NCBI GenBank assembly: GCA_965116175.1
Contig: OZ220490.1
Location: 888,570-952,569 of the forward strand
Origin: Bdellovibrionales bacterium
Lineage (GTDB): Bacteria > Bdellovibrionota > Bdellovibrionia > Bdellovibrionales > UBA1609
Direction of reading: 5' to 3'
DNA: 64,000 nucleotides
Of the stretch, positions 18,067-27,609 are shown piece by piece. The stretch's first letter is position 1; the number at the start of each line of letters is the position of its first letter. The position numbers were made by a program, and so were the translations under genes. The notes beneath the pieces were generated by a model. That model was not told where the DNA came from. It saw only the letters and a list, made by a program, of their open reading frames with translations, and searched no databases.

Positions 18067-18879
18067 TTAAAAAAAAGAAAAAGGAATAAAAAAATTGATA
18101 TAATTTTTGCCCCAGACATTTAAAAAAATATAAAATACAGAACTCACAGCCAGGTAGGGGCCAAAAGGAAAGGCTGTTTGTAAATCTTTCTTATTGCTGT
18201 GCAATATCATTCCAAAGCCTGCTAAACTGCCAAGAAGACAGGATATAAAAATAATAAAAAACAGGGATTCCCAAGATAAAACTGCGCCAATCCAGGCCAT
18301 CAGTTTTATATCCCCTCCTCCCATGCCTTCTTTTCCACGCGCCAAATAATAGATCCAGCTAATTGCCAACAAACTGCCTCCCCCCAATAACATTCCAAAT
18401 AAAGCATCCATAAAAACTCTGTCTGGATTAAGCCAGGCTCCCAGAAGTCCAATACAAATGCCTGATAAAGTGAAAGAATCCGGCAGGATCATCTGATCCC
18501 AATCAATAAAACTGGCACACAGCAAGCCAAAAACAAAAATAAAAGCCTCCAAAAGAAACCATTTCCAACCTATAGCCAAAAAAAGAGCTGAAAAAAGGAC
18601 AGACATTAAAAACTCAACAAGAGGATAACGAAAAGAAAGAGAGTTTCCACAGTTACGACACCTCCCCCACAGAATAAACCAGGATAAGATAGGAATGTTC
18701 AAGTAAAAAGGGATATTGTAAAAACAGTGGGGGCAATAGCTCCTTTTTAAGAGATAAAGGGCCTTATTTCTTTGAATCCTATAAATAAGCACATTTGCAA
18801 AGCTGCCGAAAAATGAGCCATATATGAAAAAGAAAATAGCCATAAACCATCTTGGAATTAAAAAAATGTCTTCAAACAT
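18067..18879 (-). CDS. pilD: prepilin peptidase / N-methyltransferase (A24 family)
   Basis: CPHC...CRNCG zinc motif, polytopic membrane profile and a GGGDIKL active-site region. The preferred start is the ATG at 18879, which forms TAATG with the rlmB-like stop and has AGGAG 6 nt upstream. The track start is 18903. Confidence 0.88.
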   Translation of the reverse strand: MFEDIFLIPRWFMAIFFFIYGSFFGSFANVLIYRIQRNKALYLLKRSYCPHCFYNIPFYLNIPILSWFILWGRCRNCGNSLSFRYPLVEFLMSVLFSALFLAIGWKWFLLEAFIFVFGLLCASFIDWDQMILPDSFTLSGICIGLLGAWLNPDRVFMDALFGMLLGGGSLLAISWIYYLARGKEGMGGGDIKLMAWIGAVLSWESLFFIIFISCLLGSLAGFGMILHSNKKDLQTAFPFGPYLAVSSVFYIFLNVWGKNYINFFIPFSFF

Positions 18880-19598
18880 TAAAAACTCCTTTGCCGAAAA
18901 CACTCCCCTAAAACCATTCCAGCAGCCACAGAGACATTGTAACTGGCCGGCCTATATTTTTGAGGAACAGATAAAATCTTATCACAAAGGCTCTTTAAGC
19001 CTTTTCTTAGGCCAGAATGCTCTCCTCCCAATAAAAAAGCCACACGGCCTTCAAATTTTTCATGCCAAAACAAATTTTTAGAATGAGAATCCAGGGCATA
19101 AATAAAAAACTGATCTTTTTTCAATTCCCTTATACACTGAGATAAACTGTTTCTCTCTTCAATAGGAACATATTCCACCCCCCCACTAGCTGCCTTCATT
19201 ACAAAGGGACTCAATACAGCGCTTCGTCTGGAGGAACAAAAAATACAATCCACACCCATAAGCCAGGCTGTTCTGATTATAGCGCCAAAATTCCTAGTGT
19301 CCTGAACATTTTCCAAAATCAAAACTACAGAGTTATTTTTTGATGATTTTATATCAAAATGAGGCTGACCTGAAACAACAACACAAACCCCCTGATGTGA
19401 CTCTCCTATTTGATTCAATTTTTTTAATGACATAATTTCTATATTTAATTTTTTTGCTTTAGCCAAATCAGCCAATTCAATAAGAGCAGAATTATTGGCC
19501 CAGTCTGATTTAAAATAAATTTTTTGCAGTTCCTTGGAGGAACGGGCTTTTAAAGCCTCTCTACAAGAGTGAACACCTATGACTTTACGAAGGGACAT
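18879..19598 (-). CDS. rlmB: TrmH/SpoU-family RNA 2'-O-methyltransferase (RlmB-like)
   Basis: An N-terminal substrate-binding domain (GVHSCREALK) and a SpoU MTase domain (LENVQDTRNFGAIIRTAWLMGVD, LGGEHSGL, SYNVSVAAG). Confidence 0.8.
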   Translation of the reverse strand: MSLRKVIGVHSCREALKARSSKELQKIYFKSDWANNSALIELADLAKAKKLNIEIMSLKKLNQIGESHQGVCVVVSGQPHFDIKSSKNNSVVLILENVQDTRNFGAIIRTAWLMGVDCIFCSSRRSAVLSPFVMKAASGGVEYVPIEERNSLSQCIRELKKDQFFIYALDSHSKNLFWHEKFEGRVAFLLGGEHSGLRKGLKSLCDKILSVPQKYRPASYNVSVAAGMVLGECFRQRSF

Positions 19599-19603
19599 AT
19601 TTT

Positions 19604-20278
19604 TTATTCCAAGGATTTATAAATTTCTTCCAACTTCTCTATGATATTCTTTGCCCTTATAAGACTACGCCCCATAACTAAAGCTGAACTCCCAGACTGA
19701 AAGGCCTGCTTAGGACTCATAACCCTTTTTTGATCATCCAGACTGTCTCCTTCTAAACGAATTCCCGGGGTTACCAAAAAAGCGTCTTCATACTTCTCTC
19801 TTAAAGCTTTAACCTCACAGGGGGAACAAACTAACCCCCTAAGACCAGACTGATAAACCTGATCTGCCAATGACAACACTTGACTTTGATTCTCCATGGA
19901 ATCCCGAACACTGGACAAAACAGTAACACAAAGAACTTGAAAGAAGTTTTTCAGCCTGGCTTCTTTTTCAAATTGAGATAAAAGAGAAAGCGTTTTTTTA
20001 CCCACAATGGCATGAACAGTTACAAAATCCACACCCAGTTTAAAAGCGGATTGAACAGCCTCCAGAGTAGAAGAAGGAATATCATAAAATTTAAAATCTA
20101 AAAAAATCTGAGAAGAGCTGTATTTTTTGATCTCTTTAACAAGCTCCAATCCATAGGATAAAAAAAGCCGTGGTCCAATTTTATAACCTTGAACATAATT
20201 TTTTGTTTGGCTTACCAGCTCCCAGGCCTGATCCCTGGTTTCAACATCAAGAGCAAGAAATAAAGAAAGCTTTTTCAT
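19604..20278 (-). CDS. pyrF: orotidine 5'-phosphate decarboxylase
   Basis: LALDV, DFKFYDIPSS, VTVHA and the C-terminal GR motif region. Confidence 0.85.
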   Translation of the reverse strand: MKKLSLFLALDVETRDQAWELVSQTKNYVQGYKIGPRLFLSYGLELVKEIKKYSSSQIFLDFKFYDIPSSTLEAVQSAFKLGVDFVTVHAIVGKKTLSLLSQFEKEARLKNFFQVLCVTVLSSVRDSMENQSQVLSLADQVYQSGLRGLVCSPCEVKALREKYEDAFLVTPGIRLEGDSLDDQKRVMSPKQAFQSGSSALVMGRSLIRAKNIIEKLEEIYKSLE

Positions 20279-20377
20279 AAAATGCTTATAAATTCCTTAA
20301 TCATTTTGAAAAATCAATCCTTATTTTTCTCCCTCTGCTAGAAAAGGGGTTTGCCTCTTTCATAACAAATCAAAAGT

Positions 20378-21343
20378 TTAAACCTTGTCTTTTGACCACT
20401 CCACTTTAACAGGCTCTTTAATATGCAGATCTCTTTGAATAAATGGAATGGTGATATTTTCCTCTTTAAACACTCTGTTAATTGCAAATCTTAAATCACT
20501 AGCTACTCTTTTAAGATCAATAGGCCGGCTGACAGCAATCCAATAGTTAAGTTCAAAAATCAATCCACTATCTCCAAAATCATCAAAAAACACAATAGGA
20601 CTTTGGTTTTTATTATAAGTTAAAACACTTTCATGATCATTAGCCACCTTTAAAATGAGGTCTTTAACCTTTTCAACAGGAGAACCATATTTAACCCCAA
20701 CTTTGATTTTTGATCGAATGACTGTATCAGATAAGGTCCAATTTAAAATGCTATGTTCTAAAATAATACTGTTAGGGACAAGAATATGTGTGTTGTCCAA
20801 AGAGCGTATAGATGTAGCCCGAAAGCCTATATGTTCCACCAAACCTGTAAGATTATTGACTTCAATCAAATCCCCTACACGAATAGGATGTTCGGTGACA
20901 ATAACAATACCACAAATTAAATTATTCATAATATTTCTGGCGCCAAAACCAATACCAATAGCTAATGCGCCGCCTAGGAAGGTAAAAACTGTGAGAGGAA
21001 CCTTTACAAAATACAAGGTAAATAAAAATAAAATAGAAATTAAGAAATAGAATAGAAAAATTTTAATAGTGTAACGATGAGGAATATCAATATCAAAACG
21101 GGCAAGTATTCGTTTTTCAAATTGTGAAACAAAAAGACGAATGCCCATATATCCACCAATTACAAAAATAATGCCAGAAATAAGGCTCCCCACTGTGATA
21201 GCATTTTCATCCACATTGAATAAAACATAGCCCCAAAAAGTTGGAATTTGTTCCAGAAGGGTATCAAGAAGAATACGAGCTTGTTGAAAAAACTGCTCTT
21301 TATCCCAAGAAAGATTGCCAATAAAAAGATTTATTTTATTCAT
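20378..21343 (-). CDS. mechanosensitive ion channel (MscS family)
   Basis: Three TM helices followed by the MscS beta-domain (PIRVGDLIEVNNLTGLVEHIGFRATSIRSLDNTHILVPNS). Confidence 0.85.
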   Translation of the reverse strand: MNKINLFIGNLSWDKEQFFQQARILLDTLLEQIPTFWGYVLFNVDENAITVGSLISGIIFVIGGYMGIRLFVSQFEKRILARFDIDIPHRYTIKIFLFYFLISILFLFTLYFVKVPLTVFTFLGGALAIGIGFGARNIMNNLICGIVIVTEHPIRVGDLIEVNNLTGLVEHIGFRATSIRSLDNTHILVPNSIILEHSILNWTLSDTVIRSKIKVGVKYGSPVEKVKDLILKVANDHESVLTYNKNQSPIVFFDDFGDSGLIFELNYWIAVSRPIDLKRVASDLRFAINRVFKEENITIPFIQRDLHIKEPVKVEWSKDKV

Positions 21344-21521
21344 TTGTTTATTCCTATTCTCCTATCACTGAGACTTATATAAACAAGATCAGGACTGTCC
21401 TGACCCTCATTTCAAATTTCCCATTTAAAAACTCTATTTGCTATTGCAAATTCCACAACTCTATTTGCTATTGTCTTCCAAATTTTATTAAAAATAACTC
21501 TGTATAGAATTTTCAACAAGG

Positions 21522-22091
21522 TTAAACAGCTACAACCTCTTTGACTTCTGGCACAAATTGCTTAAGCCTAGTCTCTATCCCCTGTTTAAGGGTCAAACTT
21601 GAGCTGGGGCAGCCAGAACAAGCCCCTTGAAGATCCAAATAAACTATGCCATTTTCATAAGACACAAGATTTATATAACCTCCATCCATAGCTACTGCTG
21701 GCTGTATATCTTTTTCCAAAATCTCCTTTATTTTTTTAAGTTCCTCCGAGTCTTCTTGAGCCTGAACTTGATCCAGTGATTTTTTTTGGACAGGAGATTT
21801 TTTAGGCAAAAGAATCGGCTCCCCTCGCTCTAAATGCTCTCTGATAAGTTCAGAAAGTGGATCAGACACCATATCCCAATCCAGCCAATCCTCTTTTGTA
21901 ACAGTAATAAAGTTTTCCCCTAAAAAAACACTTTTTGCCCAAGGAAAACCTAAAATTTTTTGCGCTAAAGGGGAACGGCTGGCCTGAGTTCTGTCACTAA
22001 TTTCCAGTCCTTCATTTGAAATTTGTGAATTAACAACAAATTTTAAAGAGTTTGGATTAGGTGTAGCTTCATAATTGAGCTTAAATGACAT
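21522..22091 (-). CDS. nfuA: NifU/Nfu-type Fe-S cluster carrier
   Basis: Nfu_N-like N-domain (ATPNPNSLKFVV) and a NifU C-domain with CSGCPSSSLTLKQGIE. Confidence 0.8.
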   Translation of the reverse strand: MSFKLNYEATPNPNSLKFVVNSQISNEGLEISDRTQASRSPLAQKILGFPWAKSVFLGENFITVTKEDWLDWDMVSDPLSELIREHLERGEPILLPKKSPVQKKSLDQVQAQEDSEELKKIKEILEKDIQPAVAMDGGYINLVSYENGIVYLDLQGACSGCPSSSLTLKQGIETRLKQFVPEVKEVVAV

Positions 22092-22229
22092 AATTGTCTT
22101 ATTGTAACATATAAAAGAGCTTTGTCTAGTAAGCGTACTGATTTTAAAAGACTCAAAATCTTGATATAAATAAGAACTATTCTGCCTTCTGTCTCTTATA
22201 AGCTAGAATAATTTTTAGCTTTTGTGTCT

Positions 22230-23504
22230 TTAGGGCGTTACAGTAACAGCATCAGGAGCCTGTCCAGCGCTTGAACCCGCTTCAGTTTCAGCAGCAGGCT
22301 CCTCATCAGCATTTGGGGCGGGTGCTTCTATAGGCGTTACAGTAACAGCATCAGGAGCCTGTCCAGCACTTGAATCCGCTTCAGGTTCACCAGCAGGCTC
22401 CTCATCAGCATTTGGGGCGGGCGCTTCTATAGGTGTTACAGTAACAGCATCAGGAGCCTGTCCAGCACTTGAATCCGCTTCAGGTTCACCAGCAGGTTCC
22501 TCATCAGCATTTGGGGCGGGCGTTTCTATAGGCGTTACAGTAACAGCATCAGGAGCCTGTCCAGCACTTGAATCCGCTTCAGGTTCACCAGCAGGTTCCT
22601 CATCAGCATTTGGGGCGGGCGTTTCTATAGGCGTTACAGTAACAGCATCAGGAGCCTGTCCAGCACTTGAACCCGCTTCAGCTTCAGCAGCAGGTTCCTC
22701 ATCAGCATTTGGGGCGGGTGCTTCTATAGGCGTTACAGTAACAGCATCAGGAGCCTGTCCAGCGCTTGAATCCGCTCCAGGTTCACCAGCAGCAGGTTCC
22801 TCATCAGCATTTGGGGCGGGTGCTTCTATAGGCGTTACAGTAACAGCATCAGGAGCCTGTCCAGCGCTTGAATCCGCTTCAGTTTCAGCAGCAGGTTCCT
22901 CATCAGCATTTGGGGCGGGCGTTTCTATAGGCGTTACAGTAACAGCATCAGGAGCCTGTCCAGCACTTGAATCCGCTTCAGTTTCAGCAGCAGGTTCCTC
23001 ATCAGCATTTGGGGCGGGTGCTTCTATAGGCGTTACAGTAACAGCATCAGGAGCCTGTCCAGCACTTGAATCCGCTTCAGTTTCAGCAGCAGGTTCCTCA
23101 TCTGAAGGCTCATTATCAACTCGTGCTACTAAAGCTTCATCAATTCTTACTGACAACTCTTCACAAACTCTTGTCAGTTTGTCAGTAGCCTCTTTTGACA
23201 AATCCATTTCATGAATAACTTCAATTAAAGCGTCAACTAAAACCTTTAACTCCTTAAGAGTTTTGAAACTAACCTTGTCTTTTTTAACTATGTCTATATA
23301 ACGGATTTGAATTTCATAATACATTCGTGAAATCTCTTCATGCCTGCCTTGCTCTTCTACCCTTAAAACCATAATATTCCGAAGCTGTTTAAGGCTTTCT
23401 TTAATATTTCTATCCTCATTATACCTACTATATCTATTTGAAGGCGAACAGGATACAAAAATGCACAAACAAACAAAGCCAATTAAAATTCTAGAAAATG
23501 TCAT
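22230..23504 (-). CDS. lipoprotein with a helical N-domain and about 9 near-identical 34-aa Pro/Ala/acidic repeats
   Basis: Lipobox IFVSC. The repeat DEEPAAETEADSSAGQAPDAVTVTPIE(A/T)PAPNA runs to the stop codon. Confidence 0.6.
   Translation of the reverse strand: MTFSRILIGFVCLCIFVSCSPSNRYSRYNEDRNIKESLKQLRNIMVLRVEEQGRHEEISRMYYEIQIRYIDIVKKDKVSFKTLKELKVLVDALIEVIHEMDLSKEATDKLTRVCEELSVRIDEALVARVDNEPSDEEPAAETEADSSAGQAPDAVTVTPIEAPAPNADEEPAAETEADSSAGQAPDAVTVTPIETPAPNADEEPAAETEADSSAGQAPDAVTVTPIEAPAPNADEEPAAGEPGADSSAGQAPDAVTVTPIEAPAPNADEEPAAEAEAGSSAGQAPDAVTVTPIETPAPNADEEPAGEPEADSSAGQAPDAVTVTPIETPAPNADEEPAGEPEADSSAGQAPDAVTVTPIEAPAPNADEEPAGEPEADSSAGQAPDAVTVTPIEAPAPNADEEPAAETEAGSSAGQAPDAVTVTP
22233..23100 (-). 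repeat. 102-bp in-frame tandem repeat, about 8.5 copies
   Basis: Units are near-identical with a few phased substitutions (GCTTCTATAGG/GTTTCTATAGG; CAGTTTCAGCAGC/CAGGTTCACCAGC). Confidence 0.9.
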
Positions 23505-23648
23505 TGCAACCTCCTTAAATTCAATTTGTATTATTGTGTTTGAATTTTAAAGACATTTCAAGTTAAAAATATTTTTTTAGCACTTTTTTTTACAAACACA
23601 AAAAAATGTTGCACTTTGGCCTTAAGGCCAGATTTTAGTTGAGAGGGA

Positions 23649-24908
23649 TTAGGACGCATAGAGAGGAAATTTAGAACAAAGCCTCTCAACCTTCTGTTTC
23701 ATTTTACCAACAAGAGATTCATTTTTATGACTCTTAATAATTTGAGCTATCCATTTTCCAATTTGCTCCATTTCTTCTTCTTTCATACCTCGTGTTGTAA
23801 GAGCTGCTGTCCCAACTCTTATACCACTTGTTACAAAAGGAGAGCGTCTTTCTCCGGGAACTGTATTTTTATTGACAGTGATTCCTGCCTTTTCTAAAAC
23901 AGCTTCAGCCTCTTTTCCCGTAACATCTCTGTCAGACAAATCAATTAAAAGCAGGTGATTGTCTGTTCCACCAGTAACCATTTTTAAGCCTTCCCTATTA
24001 AAAACTCTCTCCAACACCTTGGCATTTTGAACAATTTGTTTTGTATAAACTCTAAATTCAGGCCGTAAGGCCTCAGCAAAAGCAACAGCTTTGGCAGAAA
24101 TAACATGCTCCAAAGGGCCGCCTTGTATACCAGGAAAAATACGAGAGTTGATTTTTTTAGCTTTATCCTCATCCCGGCAAAGAATAATTCCCCCTCTGGG
24201 GCCTCTTAAAGTTTTATGGGTTGTGGAGCTTATATAATCAGCATAAGGCACAGGAGAGTTATGCACTCCCCCTGCAATTAAGCCCGCAATATGAGCCATA
24301 TCCACAAAAAGAACAGCTCCCACACGGTCTGCAAGCTCTCTAAAGGCCTTAAAATCAATTTCACGGGGATAGGCGCTATAACCGGCGATAATGATCTTTG
24401 GCTTTTCTTTTTTAGCCTGATCCTCAATGAGGTTAAAATCCAGTCTCTCTGTTTTTATATTCAAATGATAAAAAACAGGCTGAAATAAAAGCCCAGAAAA
24501 ATTAACAGCAGATCCATGTGTTAAGTGACCACCATGTGAAAGATCAAGACCCATAATTTTATCTCCAGCCTTTAGTTCAGCCAAAAAAACCGCCATATTG
24601 GCCTGGGATCCAGAATGAGCCTGAACATTGGCAAAAGGGGCTTTAAAAAGTTTTTTTAACCTTTCAATAGCCAATGTTTCACATTGGTCAATATACTTAC
24701 AGCCTCCATAATAGCGGCGTCCAGGATAACCCTCTGCATATTTATTGGTAAGAACAGAGCCTTGAGCTTCCATAACTGAGGGGGAAACATAGTTTTCTGA
24801 AGCAATCATCTCCAAACCCTGCTTCTGCCTTTCAATTTCTTTTTTTATCCAATGAAAAAGCTCAGGGTCTGTTTGCTCTAAACAGCTTTGTTGTTTTACC
24901 TGTTCCAT
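23649..24908 (-). CDS. glyA: serine hydroxymethyltransferase
   Basis: [34 protein letters not shown] and [12 protein letters not shown] (PLP Lys). Confidence 0.95.
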   Translation of the reverse strand: MEQVKQQSCLEQTDPELFHWIKKEIERQKQGLEMIASENYVSPSVMEAQGSVLTNKYAEGYPGRRYYGGCKYIDQCETLAIERLKKLFKAPFANVQAHSGSQANMAVFLAELKAGDKIMGLDLSHGGHLTHGSAVNFSGLLFQPVFYHLNIKTERLDFNLIEDQAKKEKPKIIIAGYSAYPREIDFKAFRELADRVGAVLFVDMAHIAGLIAGGVHNSPVPYADYISSTTHKTLRGPRGGIILCRDEDKAKKINSRIFPGIQGGPLEHVISAKAVAFAEALRPEFRVYTKQIVQNAKVLERVFNREGLKMVTGGTDNHLLLIDLSDRDVTGKEAEAVLEKAGITVNKNTVPGERRSPFVTSGIRVGTAALTTRGMKEEEMEQIGKWIAQIIKSHKNESLVGKMKQKVERLCSKFPLYAS

Positions 24909-25080
24909 AAATTCTTTTGATTTTTATATATATGGAGTTTTAAAAGACTTTGAAAAAAAGTCAATGCCAATAATCAAGTGTCAATTTAAGTCCTTCTAAA
25001 AGGATTGTGTTCTTGAGCCTTATTTGCAAAAATCTCAAACGAACAAGAATTTTAGAAACAGACTCTATTTGGATTTTAAC

Positions 25081-26826
25081 TTAAAGCTCCAATATAATAT
25101 CATCCAGTTTTGTTTTCAATTCTTTGAGAGAAAGTTTTTCTCTAAAACCAGTTTTACGGATGCAAATTTCAATTTGTGATTTTTTTAAATCCCTTTCCCC
25201 AAGATTGAATCTAAGAGGCAGGCCCAATAAATCAGCATCCTGAAATTTAACCCCAGGGCGCTCCTTTCTATCATCAATAAAGTAATCCAGGGAATGTTCC
25301 TTTAAAATAGAAAGCAATTCTTCCATTGTTTTTAAAACCTCAAAGCTTTCTGGATCAATCAAACAAATATAGACAGAAAAAGGCGCCACACAAAGGGGCC
25401 ATATAATTCCTTTATCATCATGGCTTTGTTCTACAACAGCCTGTAAAGTTCGAGTAACACCTAAACCATAACAGCCCATCTCCACAAACTTTTGTCGACC
25501 CTTTTTGTCAAGATAAGTCAGATTCATCATTTTAGAGTAAGTGTCTGAAAGATAAAAAAGATGCCCTACCTCAATCCCTCTATATTTTTTTAAAAAAGAA
25601 CCACCCGCTGGACTGAGATCATTCTCTCTGGCAAAACAAAAATCTCCATAAGCTTTTACTTTAAAGTCCCTATCAGGGTTTATATTCTTAACATGAAATC
25701 CATCCTTATTCGCTCCTGTAATAAAGTTTCCCCGGCTTTTTAATCTGTTATCAAGATAAATGGGAACAGGTTTTTTTAAATTCCAAGGGCCGCAACTTCC
25801 TGGATCAGCGCCTGTAATCTCTTTTACCACTTCAGCAGAAGTCAAGACAGGGTTTTCTTTAAGTCCTAAATCCTTTTTAAGCTTAAAAGGATTGATTTCA
25901 TCATCTCCCGAACATAAAACGGCAAAGCTCTCCTTTTGAGACTGATTTTCTTCTTCTCTATCTCTTTGACAGGTGAAAAATAAAATTTTAACCAAATCAC
26001 TGGCCTGAAGTTTTAAAAAATCAGCCAGAGCCTCTATACTTGTGATTCCGGGTGTTGCAAACTCTTCAATAGCTCTCTGCTCCCCCTTAAAATCTTCCAT
26101 AGGACTAATATTACGAGGGCACATCTCCGCATTGGCAGAAAAATCCCCTTTTTCAGAAACCAAAAGCTCATCCTCTCCTTTTTCTGCAAGAATATGAAAC
26201 TCCTCTGAATGGCTGCCTCCAATAGCTCCGGTATCCGCCTGAACCACAACAAATTGAACATTCAATCGGTTAAAAATGTTATGGTAGGCTTGTGACATAT
26301 CCTGGTAGCTTTCAAGCGCTCTTTCAGAGTTCACATCAAAACTGTAAGCATCCTTCATAATAAATTCTCTAGCCCTCATTAAACCAAAGCGAGGGCGAAT
26401 TTCATCACGATATTTAGTTTGTATCTGATATAAATTAAAAGGCATATCCCTATAGCTTGTAAGACCTGACTTCACAAAATCTATAATGATTTCCTCATGG
26501 GTGGGGCCAAGACAAAGCTCCTGACCGGCTCTCCCCTTCATCTTTAACAAAAGCCCTTCAAATTTATTCCACCGGCCTGATTGCTCCCAAAGCTCCTTTG
26601 TTTGAACCATAGGCATAAGGATTTCTCTGGCCCCATGATTGTTCATTTCCTCCCGGACAACTTTCTCAAATTTCTGTATAGCCTTCAAAAAAAGTGTGTT
26701 GTACAAATAAATGCCCTGACTTGTATTGTAAATACAACCCGATCTTAAAAGAAGAATATGACTGGGAATACTAGCCTCTGCCGGTTTTTCCTTTAAAGTT
26801 TTTAAATGAATTTCAGACCATTTCAT
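25081..26826 (-). CDS. proS: prolyl-tRNA synthetase (bacterial type with an editing insertion)
   Basis: Class II motifs (YQIQTKYRDEIRPRFGLMRAREFIMKDAYSF; GCYGLGVTR), an INS domain and a C-terminal anticodon-binding domain. Confidence 0.95.
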   Translation of the reverse strand: MKWSEIHLKTLKEKPAEASIPSHILLLRSGCIYNTSQGIYLYNTLFLKAIQKFEKVVREEMNNHGAREILMPMVQTKELWEQSGRWNKFEGLLLKMKGRAGQELCLGPTHEEIIIDFVKSGLTSYRDMPFNLYQIQTKYRDEIRPRFGLMRAREFIMKDAYSFDVNSERALESYQDMSQAYHNIFNRLNVQFVVVQADTGAIGGSHSEEFHILAEKGEDELLVSEKGDFSANAEMCPRNISPMEDFKGEQRAIEEFATPGITSIEALADFLKLQASDLVKILFFTCQRDREEENQSQKESFAVLCSGDDEINPFKLKKDLGLKENPVLTSAEVVKEITGADPGSCGPWNLKKPVPIYLDNRLKSRGNFITGANKDGFHVKNINPDRDFKVKAYGDFCFARENDLSPAGGSFLKKYRGIEVGHLFYLSDTYSKMMNLTYLDKKGRQKFVEMGCYGLGVTRTLQAVVEQSHDDKGIIWPLCVAPFSVYICLIDPESFEVLKTMEELLSILKEHSLDYFIDDRKERPGVKFQDADLLGLPLRFNLGERDLKKSQIEICIRKTGFREKLSLKELKTKLDDIILEL

Positions 26827-26838
26827 GATCTCTCCAAT

Positions 26839-27414
26839 TTACTCATTTTTTATACAATACTCCAGTTCCATCATCTGAAGAAGGCTTCTCATACCCTCAG
26901 CTCCCCGATTACTTTTTATTCGATCCTCAGCCTGCTCTCTGTTTTCCACCATAAGGATAGAAAAAACAATGGGCAGGGAATATGTTTTTTGCAAATCCCA
27001 TAAGGCGTTTTTCAGGAGATTACACAGAAAATCATAATGGCTTGTTTCCCCTCTGATAATCACCCCTAAAGATAACACGGCCCTCGCTTTTTTATTTTCA
27101 ACAGCCCATTTGACAGCAAGAGGGATCTCCCCGGCGCCTGGAACCCAAAAAGGCTCCAAATCCAAAATCATCATTCTTTCAAATGACTTTAAAAACCGAT
27201 CCTCTTGCTTGTCTGCATTTTTATCAATGAGACTCATAAACTCAGAAGTTTGTAAGTCTTTAAGCTTATTCACTTTATCAAAAACTTTGGAATCTTCAGA
27301 AAAAACCTCTCTAACATGGCTTCTATATTTAGTAAATTCCTTGTGAGCTTGAGAATACAATTCAGCCACCAGCTCTTTATTGAATTGAGAGGAAATAACA
27401 GCAATTTTATTCAT
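26839..27414 (-). CDS. ribH: 6,7-dimethyl-8-ribityllumazine synthase with a large internal insertion
   Basis: VPGAGEIPLAVK, LGVIIRGETSHYDFLC and PIVFSILMVENREQAEDR match RibH blocks. About 55 extra residues lie between the first helix and VPGAGEIP. Confidence 0.7.
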   Translation of the reverse strand: MNKIAVISSQFNKELVAELYSQAHKEFTKYRSHVREVFSEDSKVFDKVNKLKDLQTSEFMSLIDKNADKQEDRFLKSFERMMILDLEPFWVPGAGEIPLAVKWAVENKKARAVLSLGVIIRGETSHYDFLCNLLKNALWDLQKTYSLPIVFSILMVENREQAEDRIKSNRGAEGMRSLLQMMELEYCIKNE

Positions 27415-27609
27415 AAAAAATACTTTTTAATTTTAAAGTTGATAATTTTTACACTTTATGAAGTGTTGGATTTTCCTGTAGAGAGTCATCTACAGCTATT
27501 TCCACAAAAATTGAATGGCAGCAAATAATCAAAAAAAGCAGCCCTGTTTTTGACATCCAAACTATTTTTTTACTCTCCTGCTTTAAGTTACCCTAATATA
27601 CAGCCAAAT

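Noticed and set aside
22233-23100. Possibility that the regular 102-bp repeats (and the 39- and 42-nt repeats at 13.4 and 14.9 kb) are CRISPR arrays
   Set aside because: The units are contiguous, with no unique spacers. They are in frame within long ORFs, and no cas genes are present.
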